Source of the DNA: Schizochytrium sp. TIO01
Lineage: Eukaryota; Protista; Bigyra: Labyrinthulomycetes
Length of the DNA stretch: 64,000 nucleotides
Assembly (NCBI GenBank): GCA_004764695.1
Contig: SMSO01000031.1
Coordinates: forward strand, 1,960,436-2,024,435
Direction of reading: 5' to 3'
Positions 48,902 to 59,891 of this stretch are shown one piece after another. Each line of letters begins with the position of its first letter. The first letter of the stretch is position 1. The notes below the pieces were generated by a model. It did no database searches. It was not told the origin of the DNA and worked only from the letters and a program-made list of their open reading frames with translations. The translations under genes and the position numbers were made by a program.

Positions 48902-51900
48902 TTGTTTTTAACTGCGTCTTTATAATTTGTTCTTTAACTGAAATAGAAAATAATAAAACACCTTCCATATGATATGGAGCAGGAACGAATGCATGAAGGT
49001 CCTCGCACGCACCCGAAACGCGCACATAGAAAAGAACCCGCTGGCTGCTAAGCAGCACTTCGGGGACTCGTCTGCATGCTGACAGAATGAATGAATGCCC
49101 TCTTTCAAAAGAGCAAAAAACTCGCGCTTAGAACGATTTTGAGTTAGTATGGAGTATGTATGGAACGCTCTGAAACCAACCAAGAGTCAAACATGTACTT
49201 TCTGCAAGCCGTTCAATTGATGGTTTTTGGCCTCTTCATCCCTGGCTAGTTTACTCATACATGTGATGTTCTAAGCTGGTGAGAATAGTAGGCTGTTAGT
49301 TTCCGTGTGCTTGAAATATACAAATACAACCATTGTTTTTGTGCAACTATAAAGCTCTATTGTATATACCTTTTGAGTAGACCCAGTGGCAGTAGACTTC
49401 ATTATTTTCAGTTGAAATAGAGGAGAGTCATCACTGTATGTTCTTGCTAAAACCAGTAACAACGTACTGTCCGAAGTAGTCACTCCTTTTACTCAGTAGT
49501 CACTGATAGCCAGGGCAATGGAGTAATGATTCTCAGATTGAGTTAATGAGGGCCCAAGCTCAAGTTCCGAAAGGCTCCTTGCAGGGTGTGTCAATTGATT
49601 GAGATTGTTGTATTGGATAGAATGTTAACACCCTCAATAGTGTTGCGACACCTTGCTGTGCTGTGCAACCTCCCGCATTACAATTGTGCTTACGTCCTAG
49701 GGGAAATCAGTTAACTTGCTCTCAGAGGCCAGCCAGAATTTTATTCGTTGCTACTTGCACATGGAAGAAACACTTTGACTTCTGCTGTAAAAATGCACCT
49801 ACATGCGCTCCATATGAAGGAGACAACGTAAGCCAGAATCTGGGGTGCTTCGTCCAATTTCAGAAGGATCCAGCGGTTGAACATCAAGACTAAACCAGGA
49901 TAAAGTAAGTTGCCACGAAACGAACCGAAGCGCGAAATTTTGAAATTGAACATCGACTTGACCGCAAAGTTCGAGTTCAAGAGCTGTTCGAAGAAACTAC
50001 AACAACGATGGATATCGTTGTAAACCGTAAAGCTAAGTTGTGGGGACAGCGTGCGCGCATGGTCTATGTTTGGATTATGTATGCGTTATGATCTACCTCT
50101 TAAGTAAATGCACATCCTTCTTTTATCTCCAAATACTTTTATCTCTGTACAACACTTCATTTTAAATTAGTGGGAGGAGAACACGCAGTCGGTATTTTAT
50201 ACGTTATGTCAAAGTGTCGGTAAAGTTTCTGTTGTCCGTGTAAAATGCGTTTGGCAAGACTTAGTCAACGAAAGTCATATTTGATAAACTAGCTCGCGAA
50301 GAACGAGGACACCATGAAGCTAGACCCAGTGCTAATATTTGGGGGGTTAACAAATGACGTAAAGATATTGATTGGCAGAACAAGCGTAGGCCAACCGTGA
50401 GGATAAATTAGAGATATCAAAACTTCGTGCTTTCTAAGCTTCCACCTCTTCCTCGCCTCGGACTTGAACATGTTACCGAATAAACTAGTGCCAAACACAC
50501 AAAGTCTTAAAAAAAAAATATGCCGAAAGAGATGTTGCAAATGAAGTCTCACGTGCAAGTTTCGTCTGAGTTCTTTAAATAAGTCTCGTTTTCTGCCTCT
50601 TTCCGATTTTGCTTGCATAAACAGACTTAAACTCCAGCTGAATTATCTTATAATCGTAAGCTGGAAACATGTCCTTCAGTTTCATTAATTAGATATTTCA
50701 GCACTACCTAAAGAGTATGTGTTTATAGTAAAGTATATGTTCTCTCTTTGAAGGTCACATGAATTAATAGCTCTCCATAACATTTTTTTTGTTGCAGACG
50801 AGCTGCATTCATTACGTTACTGTTATAAGTATCAACATATTTTGCCGTCCTCGACTCAGAGCAGAAAATTAAGACTTTTTGGAAACAAACAGTTTGTTCT
50901 TTTGATCTAAAGTGGGCTCCTTCGGCCAAAACAATCAATTCAAAAAACAAAATCACACTCTTTAACTATCCTTTGCGGAATATTGCAATATTACCAGCAA
51001 TATCCAACGTCAGTTTCATCGATGTCGCTAACCTTAACGTGAACCAAAGGTTTTGCCGAACAACATACTGGACGATTTAGAACAATCTCAAACTAGAGTG
51101 TATTCGCTCTCTTTGACAAATGTAAATATTGTATTCTTTAAATCACTATATTAGAAAGAACTATCCAATCAGGAATATACAGTACATATTGACTTCCTCA
51201 CTTTCTCAATTCTGCATTTGCCAGGGTTCATCCCCTCGTGCAGCTTGCTATGAAGGAAGGTAATAAACCTTTTCTTACTCTTTTGTTTTCCATATGCAGA
51301 GTAATCGCAGAAAGCAGCTGCACATATCTGATAATGTTCATTAATAATAGCATCATGCGATGACATATAATTAACTAAAGGTAAACAGATGAGAGTAGCA
51401 TTGCTATACTTGAGCTAAACTTTGATGCGTACTTAAGGGGGCGAGGTTCACTTCACCAAAATGAAATTCTCCAGCCCAAACATTTCTTTGCTAGCTTCAT
51501 TTCTTATGCATTGAGCTTTCCAACTTGCTTGCTAACTTTTGCCGACACCACATTACATAACATACCCTGATTAGGTTCAAGACCTTGCACAAGATAGCAA
51601 CATGTTCTGATTCGCATGTATCACACAATAATAATACCTGCAAAATTGTTCTAAAAGGGTCAGTAGTACCTACCTTACCTATTTTAAGAAAAAAGGAAGG
51701 ACACGTTTCTGTAAGTCATTGGTACCCGAGTACTACTCGACAGGTTCTAAATGACTCTTATCCTTGACTACCATAACGCCCAGGTACATAACCTTATCAT
51801 GAACTTAAAATAACAAAATTTCAAATTTGGGTTGTTCAAAATACAATGTCGGGTTGTCATTGAGGGTCCCCAGAGTTCTAACTCTTCGGCGCCACTACGC

Positions 51901-52270
51901 ACCGGATTCCCAGAGAAGGCGAGCGAAGGCGAAGAAGCTCGATTGCCTTGGCGGCAAAGGCAGACTCACACTAGATCGCTATTTTCTGTTGCTCGAGGCC
52001 TTCTTCGCGTGGAAGGACTTCGACTTCGTAAGGCCTAGAAGGGACCCAGGGCCGTTTCGTTTGACCTTTGCGTTTCCCGAGTTCTGCCAGCTCGAGAGCC
52101 CGAGACCACCTCGGTTTGTACTGTTCTGATCAACATCTAATCAGCACTTCTTCATTGCTGGTATCTTTCTACACAGCAATAACTGTAACTCGCCAAACCC
52201 AGAGCTGATCAAGCAATTAACTCAGAGAAACTTGAGATCCTCGTGTATCAACCACTTTTAGCAATCCATA

Positions 52271-52915
52271 ATGTCGCCCCCAGGAACACTCAAGAAAGGC
52301 GAGGTTGACCTCGGCACCAGTATTATGGCCGTCAGCTACGGCTCTGGTGTCATTGTCGGTGCTGACAGTCGCACCTCAACTGGCGTGTACATTGCAAACC
52401 GTGTCTCTGACAAGCTCACCCCTGTGCATGACAACGTGTACTGCTGCAGATCTGGATCCGCAGCAGACACACAAGCCATCTCAGACATTGTTCGCGTGCA
52501 GCTTGGCACCCATGCCGTTGAGTTGGGTCGTGCCCCGAGCGTGAAAACAGCTGCCAAGCTCTTCCAACGCTACTGCTATCAGTACAAGGACCGCCTCATG
52601 GCAGGCATCATTTGCGCGGGCTTTGATCCTGTAGACGGCGGATCGGTGTATTCAATTCCTCTCGGTGGAGCTATGATCAAGCAGCCATTCGCCATCGGTG
52701 GCAGTGGATCCACTTACATTTATGCTTATTGTGATGCTAACTTTCGCGAGGGCATGACTCGTGATGAGGCCCATGCTTTTGTGAAAAAGGCTCTCGCACA
52801 TGCAATGGCTCGTGACGGATCTTCTGGTGGTGTCATCCGCACGGCAATCATTGACGAGAACGGAGTCGAGCGCTTCTTCACGCCCGGTAACGAGCTCCCC
52901 TTCACTATCCAGTAA
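52271..52915 (+). CDS. PSMB6: 20S proteasome subunit beta-1 (PSMB6/Pre3)
   Basis: Propeptide ending GEVDLG|TSIMAV (catalytic Thr), [49 protein letters not shown]. Confidence 0.97.
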   Translation: MSPPGTLKKGEVDLGTSIMAVSYGSGVIVGADSRTSTGVYIANRVSDKLTPVHDNVYCCRSGSAADTQAISDIVRVQLGTHAVELGRAPSVKTAAKLFQRYCYQYKDRLMAGIICAGFDPVDGGSVYSIPLGGAMIKQPFAIGGSGSTYIYAYCDANFREGMTRDEAHAFVKKALAHAMARDGSSGGVIRTAIIDENGVERFFTPGNELPFTIQ

Positions 52916-53955
52916 ACATTATACCTGTGGCCAACAAACATCCTAGTTCTTATCTCGTCAATTTGCAGGGCTGACTGGTTCACACAATAACCTTTCTAGC
53001 TTCCAACAGGGTTTTGGCTGTGCGTGTGCTAGATCGAGCGTACGAATGAAGTCTACCCTGCTCATAATTGAGATTCTCTCTTATCCCCTGCTTCTACTCA
53101 ATGCAACAAAGAAATAAAGTAAAAAAAGTACCAAAGATCCTTATATCCCATTGTCAGCTGTTACTCATCTCCGTCAGTTGTGTCTCCAAAGTTGCCGTCT
53201 TGTATTTCTATGATCTCTGTCATATGGAGTAGAGAAGACTCGTTACGAGGTAGAATTTAACTTGTGTAGACTGTACACGTGCTAGGTGGAATAGCGATCC
53301 ATCGCGTGAAAAGTTGAGGGGTTTCTGCGAAGTTCTTGCGCCAAGCCTCTCGATAATCGACCTTCAACTGTTTCTCAAAAAGTAACTACTAACCTCATTA
53401 ACAAAAAAACAACCGAAGATGAATTAGGGAGATCATATGCCCTCATGAACCATAGCGTTGAGTTTATTTCTTTCCATCATCTTGTAGTAATATGGTGCAA
53501 CAAATGCCCTTTATTTGCTTGTTTTTTTCTGACTATCCTTGGAGTTCCCTTTTTGTAATTATAAGAAGAGCCCATTTCTCATTGATGATGGCAGTTATAT
53601 TTAATTACGCTCCAACCACCGCCCAGTGTCAAGAGGGCTTTCAATACATCATATGGTATCCGCGCATGGCTCCATCAATCGATCTCGATTTTTTATTCCT
53701 GTCTTTGCTCTTAGCTAACAAAGCCTTTCACGGCGTGTTGAAACTTAGAGCTTGTGTTCGTTATGTTAAAAACAAAGGATTTTCATGTATTTACTATTTT
53801 CAATAAATAGGATGATGACAATTTAGTTTCAAGCGAATCAATTACTCCATAAGACAAACTGTAAATCAAGTCAAAACCATCGTCGATACCAAGCTTCCAA
53901 AGCAATCCAAGGTTTATCGAGCAAGGCGTAAATTGTGGACAAGGCGTAAACAAAA

Positions 53956-55275
53956 ATGGCAGACGCTGCGAGTCTCGTGGAGAATCTTGCTACTGAGGCG
54001 AGCACAGCTGATGAAGAAGACGATGACTCCTCGCGGCTCCTTGCCCTGCAAACGCTGGCCAGCGTCGTGCGCAACGTGCTTGAGCGTGGGGACGAACAGG
54101 ACGGAAAGTATCGTCGACTCAGATGCGCGAATGAAGCTCTTTCGGAAAAACTTCTCCGCTATGAAAGTGCTGAAAAGGTGCTGACTTGGATGGGATTTGT
54201 CAAAGACAAGGACCAAGACAGCTTCTTCCTTGCGCAGGACTTCGATCGCAGCAAGGTCGAGGCCATCAGGGATGCAGTCCAGGACATTGCCCCCGATCTT
54301 AATCGTGGGAAGCGGCCTCGTACGGAGGCATCTACAGAAAAATCCTCATCTTCATCCGAAGTTGTGGACGCTTCATCGACAGCAAATTCTGGCGCCACAA
54401 ACGGCGAGGAAGAGGCAAAGACTGGTGAGGAGTCTAAAGAGGGTTTGACAATTTTCTGTGATGCATGTGGAAAGGCTAGAATCCTTAATGAAGAAGAGCA
54501 AAAGACTTTGCCACAAGGCATTGATGACGAAACTTGGGTTTGCAGCAACCTGCCTCGCATTCAAGCTCTTGGGGGCTGCGAGGCCGTAGACGATGAAATT
54601 TCCGCGATCGCAGGACCGCTAGTTGGCCAGGTCCTTCTGCGACTTAATATCAAGACCCGGGCAGAGCTTGCAGCATGTGACATTGCTCAGTTTGATGCTG
54701 GTGATGAGGAGCAGATGCTCTCATTTACAATTCAGCGTGCACAAGAGCTTGAGCTACAGGATCATATGAACGACATCCTTGGCGAGGATGCAGCTACACG
54801 GCTGTCAGAACTTGCATCGCTTGGTATTGCTGCGCCGGTAGATATTCTTGACCACAAACCCGAGGGGCTGGTTAGTCTGTACGCATCAAGACTTCAATCA
54901 GCCTCGCCTCCCACCGTGGATGAGGTCGCAGCATGGCATATCCAGGCTAAGGAAAAAGTTGAAGCATATCCATGGCTTAAGTCTTGGTCCGCAATGAACT
55001 CCGCTACGGAGATGGATGATGCAGAAGCTGGTCCTAGTTCTTCAAGTTCCGGACAACAACAAGCTCAATCTTCGTCTTCGTCATCCTCTTCGTCTTCTTC
55101 TTCCTCCTCCTCTTCTTCATCTACCGCTGTACAACCTGTCAATGGCGAAGCACCGGTTGCCGAAACTCAGGAGCGCAAATCGTCTTCTATGTCATCAAGT
55201 GCTGGAAGAACAGAACACAGCACTGTAACTGCACCTGATGGTGGTAATTCAACAAATTCCTCCTCCTCTTCATAA
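53956..55275 (+). CDS. PUB domain + CW-type zinc finger + DUF4332-like HhH protein
   Basis: PUB: LQTLASVVRNVL...KYRRLRCANEAL...LTWMGF. CW-like: CDACGKARIL...WVCSN...C. DUF4332-like: LASLGI...PEGL...PPTVDEVAAWHIQAK. Ser-rich tail; caaaaATGG start. Confidence 0.8.
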   Translation: MADAASLVENLATEASTADEEDDDSSRLLALQTLASVVRNVLERGDEQDGKYRRLRCANEALSEKLLRYESAEKVLTWMGFVKDKDQDSFFLAQDFDRSKVEAIRDAVQDIAPDLNRGKRPRTEASTEKSSSSSEVVDASSTANSGATNGEEEAKTGEESKEGLTIFCDACGKARILNEEEQKTLPQGIDDETWVCSNLPRIQALGGCEAVDDEISAIAGPLVGQVLLRLNIKTRAELAACDIAQFDAGDEEQMLSFTIQRAQELELQDHMNDILGEDAATRLSELASLGIAAPVDILDHKPEGLVSLYASRLQSASPPTVDEVAAWHIQAKEKVEAYPWLKSWSAMNSATEMDDAEAGPSSSSSGQQQAQSSSSSSSSSSSSSSSSSSTAVQPVNGEAPVAETQERKSSSMSSSAGRTEHSTVTAPDGGNSTNSSSSS

Positions 55276-55588
55276 AAGAAAGAGCACACAAAACTATAAA
55301 TCCAAACTATTATCATTTCCAATTTTTAAAGATCTTATAAACTTCCCACACCTATCGTAAGCTCCTTTTCCTCGAGCATTTTCTCTGTTTATTCTAACGC
55401 GACTGGGGGTTTAATCATCAGTTAGTAGCGATTCATCGCATATTATGTGCTATATAAACACATATATAGCCTAATACGCAAGTAGGAGTGACTGAATTAC
55501 TAATCACGAATAACAAAATTCACCTTCTCACTGAAGCGATGCAGTTGCTCTGAAGATAAACATATCAAAGAAATGTGAGTCACTAAGA

Positions 55589-56468
55589 TCAAGCCAAGGT
55601 ATCAAGGTTAAGACGCCCACTATGGTCTACTTTCTGGATGATGTACAGATAAAATGCATTCTCCTCGTCCGTCTCCGGATCAGGCATAGCCACAGTATCA
55701 ACAATTGCCCAGCCCATCCCAGCTTCCGCGAAATGCGGAATCCGTGTTGCAGGCTTTCCACGAGAGACAAGTAAGTATAAACCATGGTCTCTCAAGACAC
55801 GATGCATCTCGCGTAAGAATGTTTGGATGACTAGAGAGCTCCGTTCATGGCAAACAACTGAATCAAAGAGTCCTTTGTCAAGGATAACGTCGAAGCACAG
55901 CGATGGAAGCCCATCCAATCGGAGAGCATCCATGACAACCCAATCGATGCCTAGTTTTGCATGTCGAGCTTGCATCGTACGAATAACTCGAGCACAGCGA
56001 TCAAAGCATGTCACCGATGTATAACCCTCGCGAACCAAGTGATAAGGTATTTTAGAAAGACCACAACCAGGGTAAAGAATCTCTAAATCTTTTCGAGGAA
56101 GCAAACTCAACAGATGTGGCTTAAGCACCTTGAATGGCACGAGCCAGTCCATCTCCCCAGCATCATTGCTCTGGGAAGAGCCCTCTGCATCGAGACTACT
56201 GGTTGCAGGCACAAGCTCGCGATAAAACTCATCCCACTATCATTGAAAGTCATGCAAGAGTTGCAAAGAAAGCATTAAAAAAGACCAAACGTTAGTCCTC
56301 GGTTCGGCAAGGATAGACTGTGGCGAAGAATCTCTTGTGCCAGACGCACTTGAACATGTGTTCGGCAGGTTGGAAACTCCTTGTTAGGTTTCTTAGATTT
56401 ATACCATGTTTCTCCCCCTTACGTACGTAGGCAGCGCTGCTGTAGTCTGGATCAGCGTTGAGTTCCAT
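55589..56468 (-). CDS. SAM-dependent methyltransferase, EEF1AKMT4/METTL13-N-like; two exons: 56468-56427 and 56236-55589
   Basis: ILYPGCGLS (motif I), VMDA, FDVILDKGLFD, EMHRVL..G.Y. A 190-nt intron (GTACGT donor at 56426, ACTAAC branch point near 56295, TAG acceptor at 56237) restores the family N-terminus DYSSAAY|WDEFY. Confidence 0.88.
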
Positions 56469-57160
56469 GGTGCTAGCACCACGTGCAGAACAAAGACTGG
56501 GTGTGTCGTGTTTGATGAGCCTTATTTTTTATTTAATAAATAGAATACTAGTTTACATGATACAGAGTACCTAATAGGGTAGGTTGGTAGGTAGATAGGT
56601 ATGTAGATAGATATGTAGATAGGTAGGTAGGCAGCGAATTTACGGTTAATCAGTGCAGGTTTAAGCAAGGAGTAACGCGGAAGAATAAAGAGACGCTGCT
56701 CAGTCAGACTAAATCTTTTTAATTCTGAGTTCTCGTGATTTCCTGAAAAAAGCAGATTTATGATTTGTTAAATTCATATGGTGGCCTGCTTGCGTGCTTA
56801 ATTTGTCACAAAGACTTAGTGCTCTCATTCTGAACATGTTGAATGAAGCGGGTTTGATGAAGGCCAACGCAGTACAAAATTGTAAACTATGGAGAAAAAC
56901 ATGTTCATCATACGATTCTTATTTCTCATTATACTTTTTTAAATAGTTGCAAAAGCGTGTGTATGTGTATATATTAATCAATTCACAAAGCAAACAATGT
57001 ATGCAGCATGCGGCGTGCAACAGATGATAACGAAAGAAGATAATGAAAGCAAACGCGAGCCCTCTCTATAATTAATATATAATCTTAAGATAGAGTACAG
57101 GGCATGCAATATAGTTAACAATTTCTCATAGCATAGATTACGATGAGAAAATATGATAGA

Positions 57161-58579
57161 TTACATAAAGTCTTCATCTTCATCTTCATCTTCTTGACTG
57201 CCTACCGCAAAAAAATCAAGCTTCTTGAGCTCGGAGCTGCAGATAAGGGAAGATGGGATCGTCTTGACAAGGGGACAGCCCTTGACATGAAGTGACTGAA
57301 GATGAAGCATTTTCTCTAAGGGATCCAGAGATGAAACAAGTGGAAGGCATTTCAATTGGACTCGGCGAAGATTGAGACATTCCTCAACTCCGTGAAGCGA
57401 AGGTAGTAGCTCGAGATATGCGAGCGTAAGATCTTCTAGAGAGGTTGCGTATACTAGAACACCAAGAGTTGTGATGGGACTTAGGTTGATTTGCAGCCTA
57501 GTCAAATGTGTTCCCATCAGAGATCGAGGCAGATCATGCATGGAAGCAAGGTAACCAAGCGCAATTGCTCGAAGACCTAAAGATCCCGTATCCACCTCAG
57601 CAAGATCTATACGAGAGTCTTGCGCGCATTGCGTGGAACCAGCTTTGGAAAGATCTAGCAATGGGCATGACGCAACGCGGAGTGCTTGTAAGCGAGGTAA
57701 ATAGGATACTGCATGGCCCATCGTTCCAAGTGCCTCAAGAGCGATGAGGTGAAGTTCGCGCAGTAATTGAAATTCCTCAATCCCTGCTAGCGAAGTAAAG
57801 TTATTGAGCTGTACAAGACTCAAGCGGTTCAGGTTTTGTAGAGCAGATCCGCCTTCTAAATTATGCAGTCCGTGACATTCTCCAATATACAACTCTCTCA
57901 AAGTAGATAGGTAATTCAATGGTTCGAGCGATGGCCCTAAGGGTTTGCAGCGTAGTAAACGCACTTCTGTTAGAGCCGGGAACCCACGAAACAGTGTACT
58001 CAGCTCTCCAAACTGGATTTCGCGAACCCAAAGGCGGCGCAGACAACTTTTCTGGTATCGAAGTGCGCTTGCAATTTCCTCGGCAGCCCAGCATTGGCGG
58101 GCTGTTGCTGCTTGTACTGCAATACCCTGAAGCTCAATTCGCAAGTAGTTTCCTTTCTTAAAGTGATGAACTAGCCAATTAATATCAAAGTGGGGTACCT
58201 TTGGTGCAGGACGCATCTGACTCGGCATTTCTGACGATGGGATTCTCAGCAAATCCACCTCGCAGTATTGCATGAATTTTCTTGTCGACTTTGAGATAGT
58301 TTGAAGCCTCCAGACGCTCGCGTCATCTACAAGGCCTTGTCTTTTCGCCTGAACGACTAGGCTCACCAATCGCTCAGCTGCATTATCGTGAGCCTCCACT
58401 CGGCTGGACTCGCGGGCCTGGCCAGATATTTTCTGGTGTTCTTGTTCATCTCCCTCATCGAAGTCTGGCACCATCACGTCCAGCTCCGTCGTCGAAACTT
58501 CACCGACAAGGCCAGAACCCGGAATAGATGGCCCCTGTAAGTCTAGCCTCCACGAAGGCCTCCCCGGCGGCTCTCCCAT
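57161..58579 (-). CDS. Leucine-rich repeat protein, possibly with a degenerate F-box
   Basis: First ATG at 58579. Repeated LxxLxLxxC/L units (LRELYIGECHGL, LQALRVASCPLL, LQSLHVKGCPLV). LVDDASVWRLQTISKSTR is weakly F-box-like. Confidence 0.8.
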   Translation of the reverse strand: MGEPPGRPSWRLDLQGPSIPGSGLVGEVSTTELDVMVPDFDEGDEQEHQKISGQARESSRVEAHDNAAERLVSLVVQAKRQGLVDDASVWRLQTISKSTRKFMQYCEVDLLRIPSSEMPSQMRPAPKVPHFDINWLVHHFKKGNYLRIELQGIAVQAATARQCWAAEEIASALRYQKSCLRRLWVREIQFGELSTLFRGFPALTEVRLLRCKPLGPSLEPLNYLSTLRELYIGECHGLHNLEGGSALQNLNRLSLVQLNNFTSLAGIEEFQLLRELHLIALEALGTMGHAVSYLPRLQALRVASCPLLDLSKAGSTQCAQDSRIDLAEVDTGSLGLRAIALGYLASMHDLPRSLMGTHLTRLQINLSPITTLGVLVYATSLEDLTLAYLELLPSLHGVEECLNLRRVQLKCLPLVSSLDPLEKMLHLQSLHVKGCPLVKTIPSSLICSSELKKLDFFAVGSQEDEDEDEDFM

Positions 58580-58711
58580 GCCCCGGTTGATCTGGGAATT
58601 GCTTGCGATGTCTTCACTTTGACACAGACAGAGATGGATTGACAAGTAAGTCTCACTATGTAATAACTGAGTCCTACTGCTCCTATGCCCTTCTGTATAC
58701 GCCTAAATGTG

Positions 58712-58777
58712 CACTTGCATAATCTATAACTCACTTGCATAATCTATAACTCACTTTCATAAGCTATAAATCACTTA
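58712..58777. repeat. 20-bp minisatellite CACTTGCATAATCTATAACT, about 3.3 copies
   Basis: Two perfect copies, one diverged copy and a partial copy, just upstream of the LRR gene. Confidence 0.85.
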
Positions 58778-59891
58778 CAGGAGGCAAGTATAGCTCACTT
58801 GTCCGGCCGTGTTCCATGTAGCTCTTGTCCAGGATTTCGGCGGCAGCAATGTCTTGGAAGGAAACTAGTTGTGGTCTTGTTGATGATGAATACGTAATTC
58901 ATGCTTTTCAATGGTTTAGGTGATGGTTTACAAACCAACAGAGCGATAACTTGTTGAGCCTTTTTAAGTTTCCACGGCATTTGCGCAGTCTCATTATTTT
59001 GAGAGCGGGTTGGAAAAGGTCCCTTGTACGAAACCACGTTGTTGTAATGCTAATACGTTTCAGAACATGAGCACAGTTTGGCGCCTAATTAAGCTCTCAT
59101 GAAAATGGTAGGTAAGACATGTCAGAACAAGCAACTAAAACTGTGTCAATCGAACAGTCTCGAAGTCGCAGCCAACTTTATTGTCATCTGTGACAATGCC
59201 TTGAGAGCAGATATAGGTTTTCATTCGTACAGTCATTTCCGGGAGCATTAACGAAGGTCCCAAATGGCAATTTATTATCTCGGATTAGCCTAGTGATTTT
59301 TATGTTACTCTCCAGAGAGTTCCAGCACCTTGATGGAGAACATGCCAACTCTCTTACTTCACGCTGCTCCAGTAATAAAATCAAACATGATATCACCTCC
59401 ATAGCACTATTGTGAAGCTTGCTGTGATCTTTCAAACCTATCTCTTGGCCTTGGCTCCACCAAGCGAGATTTTCATCACCTGTGCGAATGAGAGCATGAA
59501 TTCTCTCCTTCGATACTTCTACCCATATCCCTATCGGCCCTCTATCGTTTCTCCTACCACCCAGCCCGACGGTTAATCTCCACTGCCTCTGGGAGAACCC
59601 AGTGGCGCTTCCTCATAGCTACTTTTATAGATGTGAACTATTCTGCATGATATACAGTGGAATAAAACTTATACCCTTGTTCGGGTAAACATGGGAAATA
59701 GACTATGGCTCCCGAAAGTAGATTAAACGCGACCTTCTTCGCGAGCCTTCGCACTGCCTCAAGTAGGTTTTATTAAAATACTGCATAGTAAATTATAGTG
59801 GAGAATGCGTAAAAGCTATTGTAGACTAATTCAACAAGTGGAACAAAGTTGCTTTTTTCAAAGATCATGTTAGGGCAAGAAAGATAGAGAA

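Noticed and set aside
58712-58777. Direct repeats considered as a CRISPR array (also 34671-34800)
   Set aside because: Head-to-tail units with no spacers, no cas genes and a eukaryotic context.
59184-59590. ~135-codon open frame on the minus strand upstream of UBA1
   Set aside because: No suitable ATG, codon bias or motif.
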